Below, one piece after another: positions 27,509-36,169 of a stretch of DNA of 64,000 nucleotides. The notes below the pieces were generated by a model. That model saw only the letters and a program-made list of their open reading frames with translations, had not been told where the DNA came from and did not search any database. Both the position numbers and the translations under genes were made by a program. The number at the start of each line of letters is the position of its first letter. Position 1 is the first letter of the stretch. Source of the stretch: Acidobacteriota bacterium (GTDB lineage: Bacteria; Acidobacteriota; UBA6911; RPQK01); the NCBI GenBank assembly GCA_041946865.1, contig JBHGBF010000028.1, positions 4,257 through 68,256 on the forward strand. Reading direction: 5' to 3'.

Positions 27509-28360
27509 TTACCTCCACAAAATCGAACGTGAGACGATCTCGATTTGAGAATACGCGAGCGGAACCAGGTAGGGTTCAATCTGGCTCGCTTGGGCTTCGT
27601 AATCGGTCAGGACTTCGTTGTAGCGGTTCAAGAACTCACGGCAAAGCGCATCAAATCTCGTCTTTCCGTCCACGCCCATACCCTCGGCCAGAGGGCTGGG
27701 GGGAAAGGCGGAGATGGGCTGGTTCGCATCCAGCAGCATCCGGCTCATTTGCTCGCGCAGTGCATTGAACGTATCCTGAATTCGGATCGTGCGGCGCGCT
27801 CGCCAGCTCTCCGTCGGTTCCTCCCGCTCGGCCTGGCTGATCAGGCGCCTTTCCAGCTCGACAAAGCGGTGATAGAAGAGCTCTCGTACTTTCCGGAGGT
27901 CCTTTTCGCGCCGGTCGCGACACTCCTCCCGGCACCGATTGATGAAATCCGCCTGGCTTTCCCCACAATGGGAAAAAATCCCAAGAGTAAGGCTCTTCCA
28001 GGCGCGCGGCCGATAGTACCGGGTTAAGTACCGAATCACTTTCTGGTCCGCCAGCTCCGGCCAGCCTAATACGGTGGTGACCGGAGTCTCCACCAGCTCG
28101 GCCGGATCCAGCCATTTGACCATGTCTGCCGTCCACTCCAAATCAAGATCGTCTATCCAAGGGGCTTCGGCAAACAGACCCCAGTCGGAATAACGATAGC
28201 CCGAGCGCATATCCTGAAGATCGATCTTGAGCTCGAACAGAAGCGAAGGCACTGCCAGGGAATCACTGCTTCTAAACCGATAATGCTTCACCGCCCAGCT
28301 CCTCGTCGTTTCTGGAGGGGTCAAATTATAGCAAACCGGTGACGTTTTTGGACGGTCCAC
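27509..28360 (-). CDS. Hypothetical protein (no recognisable domain)
   Basis: The 283-aa ORF has codon usage consistent with its neighbours. It is the first gene of the minus-strand hyp-mnmA-lpxB-M1-like operon and is divergent from the ECF sigma gene. Confidence 0.5.
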   Translation of the reverse strand: MDRPKTSPVCYNLTPPETTRSWAVKHYRFRSSDSLAVPSLLFELKIDLQDMRSGYRYSDWGLFAEAPWIDDLDLEWTADMVKWLDPAELVETPVTTVLGWPELADQKVIRYLTRYYRPRAWKSLTLGIFSHCGESQADFINRCREECRDRREKDLRKVRELFYHRFVELERRLISQAEREEPTESWRARRTIRIQDTFNALREQMSRMLLDANQPISAFPPSPLAEGMGVDGKTRFDALCREFLNRYNEVLTDYEAQASQIEPYLVPLAYSQIEIVSRSILWR

Positions 28361-28378
28361 TCAATTGTCATACACCGC

Positions 28379-28395
28379 TGTCAAATCCTTTGACA
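28379..28395. promoter_or_regulatory. Dyad palindrome TGTCAAA-TCC-TTTGACA (candidate enhancer/operator), site 1
   Basis: This perfect 7-3-7 inverted repeat lies about 134 bp upstream of the sigma-54 -24 element. Confidence 0.4.
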
Positions 28396-28448
28396 CCTGG
28401 CTAAGACCTTGCTGCCGCTGGCGTTTCAGCCTGATCATCTCGGGCATG

Positions 28449-28465
28449 TGTCAAGCTGTTTGACA
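28449..28465. promoter_or_regulatory. Dyad palindrome TGTCAAG-CTG-TTTGACA, site 2
   Basis: This 7-3-7 inverted repeat has one mismatch. It lies 70 bp from site 1 and about 64 bp upstream of the sigma-54 -24 element. Confidence 0.4.
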
Positions 28466-28519
28466 CCGGCCCACCTCCGGCCCGGGCCGCAAACCCACCG
28501 CCGGCGGGGTTCTTCGCTT

Positions 28520-28535
28520 TGGCACGCGCTTTGCT
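28520..28535 (+). promoter_or_regulatory. Sigma-54 (RpoN) promoter TGGCAC-N5-TTGCT upstream of the ECF sigma gene
   Basis: The sequence is an exact match to the -24/-12 consensus (TGGCACGcgctTTGCT). The GGAGG ribosome-binding site and ATG at 28564 follow about 30 nt downstream. Confidence 0.55.
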
Positions 28536-28563
28536 AAGAGGAAAGGTGTACACGGAGGCGAGC

Positions 28564-29133
28564 ATGGGAACTTACATTGCGAGCGTTTCGCCCTTTGAAG
28601 CAGACCTGATGACCCGAATACAGGCCCGGGAAGACGGGGCCTTCACCGAGTTGTTCGAGCGCTTTGAGAACAAGATCTATCGCACCGCCCTGCGGATGTT
28701 GAAAGAAGAGCAGTCGGCCTATGACGCCCTGCAAGAGACGTTTTTGAACGTGTACCGTGCAGCCCGGTATTTCCGTGGCGACTCCAAGGTCGGCACCTGG
28801 ATCAACAGGATCGCGATTAACGTCTGCCTGGAGATGATCAGGAAGAACCGGCGGCACGAGAACCGGACGGACGAGGACATTTCCGAGAACCTGAGTTTAC
28901 CGGACGAGAGCTCAAAGAGCCCGTTACAGACAATCGAGCAGGCGGAGATTCGTGCCCGGGTCCGAAGGGGACTGTCACGCCTCGGCCGGAAGCACCGGAT
29001 CGTCGTGCGCATGCATGACCTGGAAGGCTTCACCATCCGTGAGATTGCCGAGCGCCTCGGCGTCGCCGAGGGCACCATCAAGTCTCGCCTGTTTTACGGG
29101 CGCGAAGAGCTCAAAAGATACCTCAGCAACTGA
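28564..29133 (+). CDS. RNA polymerase sigma-70 family ECF sigma factor
   Basis: Region 2 ('FTELFERFENKIYRTALRMLKEE...TFLNVYRAARYF') and region 4 ('TIREIAERLGVAEGTIKSRLFYGREEL') are both present. I chose the Met 'MGTYIAS', which has a GGAGG ribosome-binding site, over the ORF-track TTG at 28519 because that start would overlap the sigma-54 promoter. Confidence 0.85.
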   Translation: MGTYIASVSPFEADLMTRIQAREDGAFTELFERFENKIYRTALRMLKEEQSAYDALQETFLNVYRAARYFRGDSKVGTWINRIAINVCLEMIRKNRRHENRTDEDISENLSLPDESSKSPLQTIEQAEIRARVRRGLSRLGRKHRIVVRMHDLEGFTIREIAERLGVAEGTIKSRLFYGREELKRYLSN

Positions 29134-30467
29134 GAGGGCCGGGAAGGGGCAATGTCGTCCAGAATGAGCCTCTTCTCGAATTCCGCTACCTTTTCTTTCA
29201 ATCCCCCGGCGTTGGTCCCGCCGGTGCTGGACGCGAGCCGCACGCGTTCGGAAACCATAGACGGGGGAATCGGCTGATCGGGTTCGCACAAAATGACCAT
29301 GCGCTCGACCTCGTTTTCCAGCTCCCGAACGTTGCCCGGCCAGTCGAAGGCTCGCAGCAGCGCCAGGGTTTGCGGTTCAAACGACGGGACGGGCTTGTTC
29401 AATCGCCGCCGGCATCGATCCAGGAAGTAATGGCACAGGGCCACGATGTCGTCCCGCCGGGTGCGTAGCGGGGGGACAAACACTGCAAAGACGTTGAGGC
29501 GGAAAAAGAGATCCTGGCGGAACCGCCCCGCTTCAACCTCGCGGCTCAGCACCCGATTGGTTGACGCAATAATCCGCACGTCGACTTTCCGGGGCGCCTG
29601 GGCGCCTACGGGCAGGATCTCGGCATCCTGCAGCACGCGGAGAAGCTTCACCTGCAAGTCGAGCGGCGCTTCGCCGATCTCGTCCAGGTACAGGGTTCCC
29701 TGGTGCGCCAGCTCAAAATGACCCTTGCGATTCTCGATCGCGCCCGTGAAAGAGCCTTTCTTGTGGCCGAAAAAAGCGCTCTCGATCAGCTCTGACGGTA
29801 TGGCGCCGCAGTTGACGGCAATGAAGGGCTGGTCGGCCCTGGGGCTGTGATCGTGGATGTAGCGGGCCAGCAGTTCCTTCCCGGTTCCGGTCTCGCCCTG
29901 AATCAGAACCGTTGAATTAGTAGGGACGACGCGATCAATCAGGCGCATCAACTCCCGCATCTCCTGGCTCTCGAAAACCAGCTGCTTGCCCACCGGCTCG
30001 AGCGACTCGATCTCCTGGCGCAGCCGGAGGTTCTCTCTTTCAAGCTTCTCATTCGCCCGCCTTAACTCCTCGCTTAGCCGCTCGTTCTCCTTGCGCAGCT
30101 GCCATCGCTCGATTTCCTGTCGCAGGGCCTCCTTGAGAGCGACCGGTTCCCAGGGCTTGGTGATGTAGCGCTGCACCTGGCCCTGATTGATTGCGTCCAT
30201 GAGGTATTCGACGTCGGTGTAACCCGTGAGGATGATCCGTATGGTATCGGGCCGGACTTCCCGCGCCTGCCGCAGCAGGTTCACCCCGCTCATGCCCGGC
30301 ATTCTCTGATCGGTGATGATTGCGACGATCGGCCGCTCCTTGAGGATAAGCAGCGCTTCGTCCCCTGTCTTCGCCTCTTTGACGGTGTAGTCGGTCAGAA
30401 ACGTGCGTTTCAGTTTCTGCAGGTTCGCCGGTTCGTCATCGACGATCAGGATTTCGTGTTTGCTCAT
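29094..30467 (-). CDS. Sigma-54-dependent response regulator (NtrC family) apparently lacking a C-terminal HTH
   Basis: The protein has a receiver domain (the phospho-acceptor Asp lies in 'AIITDQRMPG'), an AAA+ sigma-54 activator domain ('GETGTGKE', 'GAFTGA'-like 'GSFTGA', 'ESAFFGH') and a short C-terminus without a Fis-type HTH. Its 3' end overlaps the ECF sigma 3' end by 40 nt, and the two genes are convergent. Confidence 0.85.
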   Translation of the reverse strand: MSKHEILIVDDEPANLQKLKRTFLTDYTVKEAKTGDEALLILKERPIVAIITDQRMPGMSGVNLLRQAREVRPDTIRIILTGYTDVEYLMDAINQGQVQRYITKPWEPVALKEALRQEIERWQLRKENERLSEELRRANEKLERENLRLRQEIESLEPVGKQLVFESQEMRELMRLIDRVVPTNSTVLIQGETGTGKELLARYIHDHSPRADQPFIAVNCGAIPSELIESAFFGHKKGSFTGAIENRKGHFELAHQGTLYLDEIGEAPLDLQVKLLRVLQDAEILPVGAQAPRKVDVRIIASTNRVLSREVEAGRFRQDLFFRLNVFAVFVPPLRTRRDDIVALCHYFLDRCRRRLNKPVPSFEPQTLALLRAFDWPGNVRELENEVERMVILCEPDQPIPPSMVSERVRLASSTGGTNAGGLKEKVAEFEKRLILDDIAPSRPSQLLRYLLSSSRP

Positions 30468-32593
30468 GCCGGTTTGACTGGTAGCTGGACTCGAAAAACG
30501 GTTCCCTCACCCTTCTGGCTCTGGGCCTCAATGGATCCGTGGTGTTGCTGGATGATTCCGTAACTGATGCTCAACCCGAGGCCGGTTCCCTGGCCGGCCG
30601 GCTTGGTCGTGAAGAAGGGCTCGAAGATCCGGCTCAGATCCTGCTTGTCGATCCCTACGCCGTTGTCTTCCACCTCGACGACGACTTTGCCGTTTCGGCA
30701 GCTGCTCCGGATCCAGATGTCCCCTTCCGCGACAATGGCCTGGCAGGCATTGCTGAGGAGATTGAGGAACACCTGGCTCATCTTGCCCGGATGGCATTCG
30801 ACCTGCGGAACCTGCCCGAACTCCTTGTGAATCCGGATGCGGTCGCGATACTCGTTGTGAAGGAGATTGAGGGCAAGATTGATCGGCTCGTGGATGTCCA
30901 CTGCCCGAAACTCCTCGCGTTCCAGCCGGGAGAAGGTCTTCAGATCGCTGATAATCGAGTGGATTCGCCCCGCGCCTTCCTCGAAATTCTTGACCAGCGT
31001 CTCGAGGTCCTCCAGCATGAACTCGTAGTTCATCTGTTCCTTGAGCCGTTGGATTTCTTCGGCGCCTGCCGGATTCAGACTGGCTTTGCTTTCGTATAAC
31101 GCAATCAGATGTTTCAGGTTGTGGATGTACTGCTTGAGGAAATCCGTGTTCCCGTAAATGAAGTTCAGCGGGTTCTTGATCTCATGGGCGATGCCGGACA
31201 CGAGTTGCCCGAGAGACGCCATTTTTTCGCTCTGGATCAGCTGGACCTGCGTTTCCTTCAGCTCCTCATAAGCTTTCTGGACCTCGCGGTTGCTTTTCTC
31301 GAGCTCTTGGGTGCGCTCGCGGACTTTTTCCTCGAGCCTCTTGTTCAAATCGATCAACGCCTGGCTCCGGTCTTCGAGCGAACGGGCCATCCGATTGAAA
31401 GTCTTGGCCAACTCGCCGATCTCGTCACTGCCGCTCACCACGACCCGCTGGCTGTAGTCTCCTCCCGCTATCACGCTCGCTCCTTGGGTCAGTCTCTTGA
31501 CAGGGATGGTGATACCGCGGGCGACCGAGTAAGTCAGGATAATGACCAGCAGGATCGAGACCGAAACCGCCCCAATCACGATGTTCTTCAGTTCCACAAC
31601 CGGGGCAAAAATCTGCTTTTCATCGATACCCACGGCGCAAACCCAGCGAAAGAACTCGTGGTTGACGGGCGCGATGCCGCTAATCCGGGCCACCCCGGCC
31701 GGGTACTCGTATTGGGCATTCTTTCTTCCCTGGAGGATCGCCTTGTGGAGATTCTCGAGGCTCAGCTCCTGGCTGAGCGTCCGGCCGTAGTTATTCTGGT
31801 CTGCAGATAGCTGCACCGGCGTCGAAAGCCCGAAGCGATTGGTCCTGAATCGGTCGCCGATAATGGTGTTGCGGTCTTCGGCCAGGAGAAAGGCATACCC
31901 GGAACTCAGCGACTGCTGCTCGAGGTCTTCCTCCACTTTGTCCAGAATTTCCTGGATGAACTCCCAGTTCATCAAACCGAGAACGCCGCCGATAACCTCG
32001 CCTTTTTCACTCAACACCGGCGCCGCGAAGCCAATCGAGTACTGCCGGGCCAGATCCTCGTTCTGATAGCCGTACATCTCCTCGACGAGCCGGGACTTGT
32101 GCCATTGAATGTATCCGAACCTCCCGCTCTGCACCTGCTTGAGCCAGTCGGAGCCCGGGGTAAAAGACAGGAGATTCTGCCCTTTGATCTGGTCGGCTCG
32201 GTCGGCATCGAGATGAATCCCGACTCGGTTGCGATCGGCCGTGTTCGATACCAGGATGTTCCCGTTCCGGTCAAACAGGACCAGCAGATCGTAGACTTCG
32301 TGAATTTCGACAAGGAAGTCGAGAAGCTGCTTCGGGTCTGGGCTTCGGTCGCCGCTCAGGTAGTCCCGGAAGTCACGATACAGGCTGGTGGAGATCATCT
32401 CCTCGGTCTTCTCGAGGAGAGTCAACTGAATGGTGTCGCTAATGTCACGGGCAATCTGTTCCAGAAAGAGCGCAATCCGATCCTCGGTGATCCGGTTCTT
32501 GGCTTGAAAGTAGGAGAAAACGGAAACGCCAATCAACGGAACCAGGCACAAAGGCAGAATCAGAAGAAGCAGTTTGTATTTCAGACTCTGCAT
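30464..32593 (-). CDS. Sensor histidine kinase (Cache-like periplasmic domain, HAMP, HisKA, HATPase_c)
   Basis: The 709-aa protein has an N-terminal TM segment, a large periplasmic domain, a second TM segment, HAMP, an H-box 'GIAHEIKNPLNFI', and N/G boxes in the C-terminus. Confidence 0.85.
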   Translation of the reverse strand: MQSLKYKLLLLILPLCLVPLIGVSVFSYFQAKNRITEDRIALFLEQIARDISDTIQLTLLEKTEEMISTSLYRDFRDYLSGDRSPDPKQLLDFLVEIHEVYDLLVLFDRNGNILVSNTADRNRVGIHLDADRADQIKGQNLLSFTPGSDWLKQVQSGRFGYIQWHKSRLVEEMYGYQNEDLARQYSIGFAAPVLSEKGEVIGGVLGLMNWEFIQEILDKVEEDLEQQSLSSGYAFLLAEDRNTIIGDRFRTNRFGLSTPVQLSADQNNYGRTLSQELSLENLHKAILQGRKNAQYEYPAGVARISGIAPVNHEFFRWVCAVGIDEKQIFAPVVELKNIVIGAVSVSILLVIILTYSVARGITIPVKRLTQGASVIAGGDYSQRVVVSGSDEIGELAKTFNRMARSLEDRSQALIDLNKRLEEKVRERTQELEKSNREVQKAYEELKETQVQLIQSEKMASLGQLVSGIAHEIKNPLNFIYGNTDFLKQYIHNLKHLIALYESKASLNPAGAEEIQRLKEQMNYEFMLEDLETLVKNFEEGAGRIHSIISDLKTFSRLEREEFRAVDIHEPINLALNLLHNEYRDRIRIHKEFGQVPQVECHPGKMSQVFLNLLSNACQAIVAEGDIWIRSSCRNGKVVVEVEDNGVGIDKQDLSRIFEPFFTTKPAGQGTGLGLSISYGIIQQHHGSIEAQSQKGEGTVFRVQLPVKPA

Positions 32594-32814
32594 GCCCGGA
32601 CCCTGGAGTCAAGACTCTTAACAGCGAACTGACAAGGGATCTTACACCCGCGGCCACGTCCGAGACAACCAGTGCCTCGACCCCTTGATCCGGTGGATAT
32701 AAAACAAGGGGCCATATTCTGGCGTTATCGAATTGCAGACCGGAAGCGTCTTTACTGCCCGTTTCCAAATCGCTTACCCCTCTGATTCGGCACGGTTTCC
32801 GGGTGTCGTCCGGG

Positions 32815-32843
32815 ATTGACTTAAGAGTACGAGGACTCTATGA
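32815..32843 (+). promoter_or_regulatory. Sigma-70-like promoter TTGACT-N17-TATGAT with dyad GAGT-N6-ACTC in the spacer
   Basis: The -35 and -10 hexamers are close to consensus. The promoter lies 24 nt upstream of the MerR/B12-like regulator start codon, and the dyad inside the spacer is typical of MerR-family auto-operators. Confidence 0.4.
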
Positions 32844-32866
32844 TCTAACCTTTCCCCCGGAAAAGC

Positions 32867-33742
32867 ATGGCCGAAAAAAAGTCGTACACTACCCGTGAAC
32901 TGGCCCAGATGTGGAACGTCAGCGAGTCAACGGTGAAGCGCTGGGCCGACATCGGCGAACTGAAATGCTACCGCACACCTGGAAAGCACCGCCGGTTCAC
33001 TCTGGACAACATCACGGAGTTTCAGACCACCAAGGGATTCGAAGCCACCGGCATTTTGATCGATCAGGATTGGGAGCTGCCCGATCTGGACACTTTTCTT
33101 AACCAGAAGAAATCGGACAAGATCCGGGAGGCGCTGTTCTTCCTCGCCATAAACAACCAGTCGAGCCGCATTCGTGAACTGTTCGAACGTCTTCACATCA
33201 GAGGCGTCAGCCTGGCCGAGATCTACGACGAAGTCGTCCTCCCCGTGCTCGGGACGCTCGAAAAAAGTCAAGAAAGCCAGAAGATCTCGTTCGGCCAGTA
33301 CCGAGTGGCCTGCAACAATCTCGAGGCCGGCCTCTCTTACTTCTTTCCCAAGACGATTCGGCGGCGGCCGAACGGAAACACCGCCCTGTGCGCTGCTCCG
33401 GACAGCAGCAGCCTCCTGGCCGTAAACGCGAGCGCCCGAGTGCTGGAGATTGAGGGTTGGGAATGCCTGAATCTCGGACCGAATGCCCCGTTCGCGGCCA
33501 TGGCAGAGATGGTCGAAAAGGAGCCGGTCAATCTCGTCTGCGTGAATATGAGCGGTGGCAAGACCGAAAAGCTGGCGGCCGAATTCCCCTGCCTTTGTGA
33601 AGCGGCGGACAACTACCGGATTCCCATCGTCCTGCTGGGGCGGGAGCTTGCCGATCCCAAAGACCGAAACCGCTTTGCGCGCGCTGAATACTTCCCCTCC
33701 CTGCGCGCCTTCCGCCAATATGTGGCAAGATTCAAGGGGTAG
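32867..33742 (+). CDS. MerR/excisionase-type HTH transcriptional regulator with B12-binding-like (CarH/LitR-like) C-terminal domain lacking the His ligand
   Basis: The N-terminal HTH 'YTTRELAQMWNVSESTVKRWADIGEL' is followed by a helical-bundle plus Rossmann-like module with 'NMSGG', but no DxHxxG motif is present. Confidence 0.6.
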   Translation: MAEKKSYTTRELAQMWNVSESTVKRWADIGELKCYRTPGKHRRFTLDNITEFQTTKGFEATGILIDQDWELPDLDTFLNQKKSDKIREALFFLAINNQSSRIRELFERLHIRGVSLAEIYDEVVLPVLGTLEKSQESQKISFGQYRVACNNLEAGLSYFFPKTIRRRPNGNTALCAAPDSSSLLAVNASARVLEIEGWECLNLGPNAPFAAMAEMVEKEPVNLVCVNMSGGKTEKLAAEFPCLCEAADNYRIPIVLLGRELADPKDRNRFARAEYFPSLRAFRQYVARFKG

Positions 33743-33832
33743 GCCGGAGGGCCACGCTGTTCTTAACGCAGAGACTACGCAGAGAGAAGTTTGTCAGCTG
33801 TCAGACAGCCAGTTCACCAGTTTGTCAGTCTG

Positions 33833-34798
33833 CTACTTCCGCATCACATTCTTCAGGATAAACAACACGTTGGCGGGACGTTCGGCCAGCCGGCGCATGT
33901 AGTACGGGGCCCAGTGGCGGCCGTACGGCACATACACGCGCATCTTGTAGCCCTGGCGCGCAATCTCGAGTTGATACTCCCTCCTCACTCCGTACAGCAT
34001 CTGAAATTCGTACTTGCTGGCAGGGATCTTCTTATCGGCCACAAATCTGCGGGCGTGGTCGATCATCCGGCTGTCATGGGTGGCGATCGCGGTGTATGCC
34101 GGAGATGTCAGCAGCAATTCAAGCAGCTTGACATAGTTTCGGTCGACGTCGCGCTTCTTGGGGAAGGCCACGCTTGCCGGTTCCATGTACGCGCCTTTGC
34201 ACAAACGGATGTTGCAGCCGTAGGCGCTCAACTTCCGGACATCGGCTTCGCTGCGGTACAGATAGGATTGAATGACGATTCCGACGTGCTCCAGGTAATC
34301 GTGCAACTGCTCCTCGAAGGTCCGAATTGTCAGCTCGGTATATCGCGAGCTTTCCATGTCGATTCTGACCATGTTGCCGAGCATCTTCGCTTTCTGAAGG
34401 ATCAGCTCCAGGTTCGAAGAGCAGGCTTCGCGGCTGATATCGAGGCCGAGCTGGGTGAGCTTGATCGAGACGTAGGCGTGCAGTTGATTGGCGGCAATGC
34501 AATCGAGCAGCTCCATGTAGGAGTAAGCGGCTTTCCGGGCCTCATCCTCATCCCTCACCCCCTCCCCGAGGAGGTCCAGGCAGGAAAGCATGCCTTGTGC
34601 CGCAAGCTCGCGGACGACTCGGATCGCGTCACCCATTGTCTCGCCGGCGATGAAGCGTTGCGCAATCCCGTAGCGGTTTCCAACTTTGTTAACGGAGTGC
34701 AGCAGGAGCCTGTTCGAGGCGAGCCTGAGCATCACACTACGGAGCATATGTCTCCAGTTTTCTGATGAGCTTCTTGTAGAGATCCACGCCTTGTTCAA
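33833..34798 (-). CDS. Proline dehydrogenase (monofunctional PutA-like)
   Basis: The 321-aa protein has the proline dehydrogenase TIM-barrel motifs ('SIKLTQLGLDI', 'RLCKGAY', 'YVPYGRHWAPYYMRRLAERP'). The start is uncertain: internal Mets at 34747 or 34732 would remove the 62-nt overlap with the upstream M20 gene. Confidence 0.8.
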   Translation of the reverse strand: MNKAWISTRSSSENWRHMLRSVMLRLASNRLLLHSVNKVGNRYGIAQRFIAGETMGDAIRVVRELAAQGMLSCLDLLGEGVRDEDEARKAAYSYMELLDCIAANQLHAYVSIKLTQLGLDISREACSSNLELILQKAKMLGNMVRIDMESSRYTELTIRTFEEQLHDYLEHVGIVIQSYLYRSEADVRKLSAYGCNIRLCKGAYMEPASVAFPKKRDVDRNYVKLLELLLTSPAYTAIATHDSRMIDHARRFVADKKIPASKYEFQMLYGVRREYQLEIARQGYKMRVYVPYGRHWAPYYMRRLAERPANVLFILKNVMRK

Positions 34799-35747
34799 GA
34801 GCCTTCTTGGCTATCTTCTCGTTGGGAGTATGAGCATCGAAAATCGAGCCGGGACCAAGCAGCAGCGGCTGACCCAGCGGCCGCAAGGCGGGGATGTCCG
34901 TGCCGTAAGCCACGACTTTTTGAGTGAAACCTTCGACGGCCAGCATTCTCTGGGGCTCGGTCGTCTTCGTGACAACGAGCCGGCATCGATCTGCCGTGAT
35001 CTGGCGCAAGCGTTCGACATAGGACGCGCTCGACGCCACCGTGCGAATCACGATCTCGGTCTGGGCGGAATCCGGAATGACGTTCATCGCGACGCCTCCC
35101 TGGATCGTCCCGATATTCACTGACGCCTGGCCAAGCAAAGGATCTGTGGGGAACTGCCACCGGAGGAGATCGCTGAGAGCCTCAACCAGCTTCGCGATCG
35201 CCGATTCTCCGCGCTCCGGATAGCCTGAGTGTGCTGCGATCCCGGTCGCTTCCAGTCGCGCGATCACCATCCCTTTGTGCCCGGTCACCAGATCGTTGTC
35301 CGTCGGCTCGCCGTCAATCACGAAGGGGACATGGCGAGTCAGGCGCGCAGCGGCGATCGCCCCGTCGCTGTAAGTCTCTTCACCCACGACAAAGAGCAAT
35401 CCAACGTCGGCACAGCCTTCGTCCAGCAACTCTTCGGTGGCGACGATCATGGCAGCCGCAATTCCCTTGGCGTCACAGGAGCCCCGGCCATAGACGAACT
35501 CGTCGTCCTCTCTGGAGAAAATAAAGGGGGGAACGGTATCGATGTGAGTGGTCAGAAGGACGCGCGGCGATTGCCTGAACGCCAGGACATTGAAACGGCC
35601 CTCGCTGACCGGCTGCCGCTCGCATTGCCAGCCCTGCTCAGACAACAGTCCGAAAAGAAAGGTGGCGGCCGCGCCTTCATTACCGGTTATGGAAGGGATA
35701 TCGACCAACCGACGGGTGAGAACTGTGAGGTCTTGGCGCCCGATCAT
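34737..35747 (-). CDS. M20 family metallopeptidase / ArgE-DapE-like deacylase
   Basis: The metal-ligand motifs 'LLTTHIDTVPP' and 'GRGSCDAKG' are present. I trimmed the start from the ORF maximum 35843 to the Met 'MIGRQDL', which avoids overlap with queF. Confidence 0.75.
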   Translation of the reverse strand: MIGRQDLTVLTRRLVDIPSITGNEGAAATFLFGLLSEQGWQCERQPVSEGRFNVLAFRQSPRVLLTTHIDTVPPFIFSREDDEFVYGRGSCDAKGIAAAMIVATEELLDEGCADVGLLFVVGEETYSDGAIAAARLTRHVPFVIDGEPTDNDLVTGHKGMVIARLEATGIAAHSGYPERGESAIAKLVEALSDLLRWQFPTDPLLGQASVNIGTIQGGVAMNVIPDSAQTEIVIRTVASSASYVERLRQITADRCRLVVTKTTEPQRMLAVEGFTQKVVAYGTDIPALRPLGQPLLLGPGSIFDAHTPNEKIAKKALEQGVDLYKKLIRKLETYAP

Positions 35748-35815
35748 GAAACGAAACCAGAAGTCACAAGCTCCTGGGACGGCACGCACTCCGCCTGCTC
35801 GCCCCGCGCGCTCCC

Positions 35816-36169
35816 CTATTTCCGCTGCCGGCGGTCGTAACACGCTCGAACGACGGTTTTGATGCCGCCCCTCACATTGAAATCACCGACCACCTCGCAC
35901 CGAAGAGGATCGCAGGCGGAGACAATGTCGTCAAGGATCTTGTTCGTCACGTGCTCGTGAAAAATGCCCTGGTCGCGATACGAAAAGATGTAAAGCTTCA
36001 GGGACTTCAGCTCAACAATCTTCGCGTCGGGGACATACTTGATTCGAATGACGCCGAAGTCCGGCTGTCCGGTCCGTGGGCAGACCGCCGTGAATTCCGG
36101 ACAGGTGATTTCCACCTCATACTCCCGGCCGGGATACTGGTTGGGAAAGGTCTCGAGTTGGCAGAACAC
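35816..36169 (-). CDS. queF: NADPH-dependent 7-cyano-7-deazaguanine reductase (type I QueF)
   Basis: The 117-aa protein has the catalytic Cys in 'TAVCPRTGQPDFG' and the 'E(S/L)K(S/L)(K/Y)(L/Y)(Y/F/W)' motif as 'ELKSLKLYIF'. Confidence 0.9.
   Translation of the reverse strand: MFCQLETFPNQYPGREYEVEITCPEFTAVCPRTGQPDFGVIRIKYVPDAKIVELKSLKLYIFSYRDQGIFHEHVTNKILDDIVSACDPLRCEVVGDFNVRGGIKTVVRACYDRRQRK

Noticed and set aside
28519-28563. The TTG start at 28519 given by the ORF track for the ECF sigma factor.
   Set aside because: It would embed the perfect sigma-54 promoter in the coding sequence. The ATG at 28564 has a GGAGG ribosome-binding site, and ECF region 2 begins about 24 aa after it.
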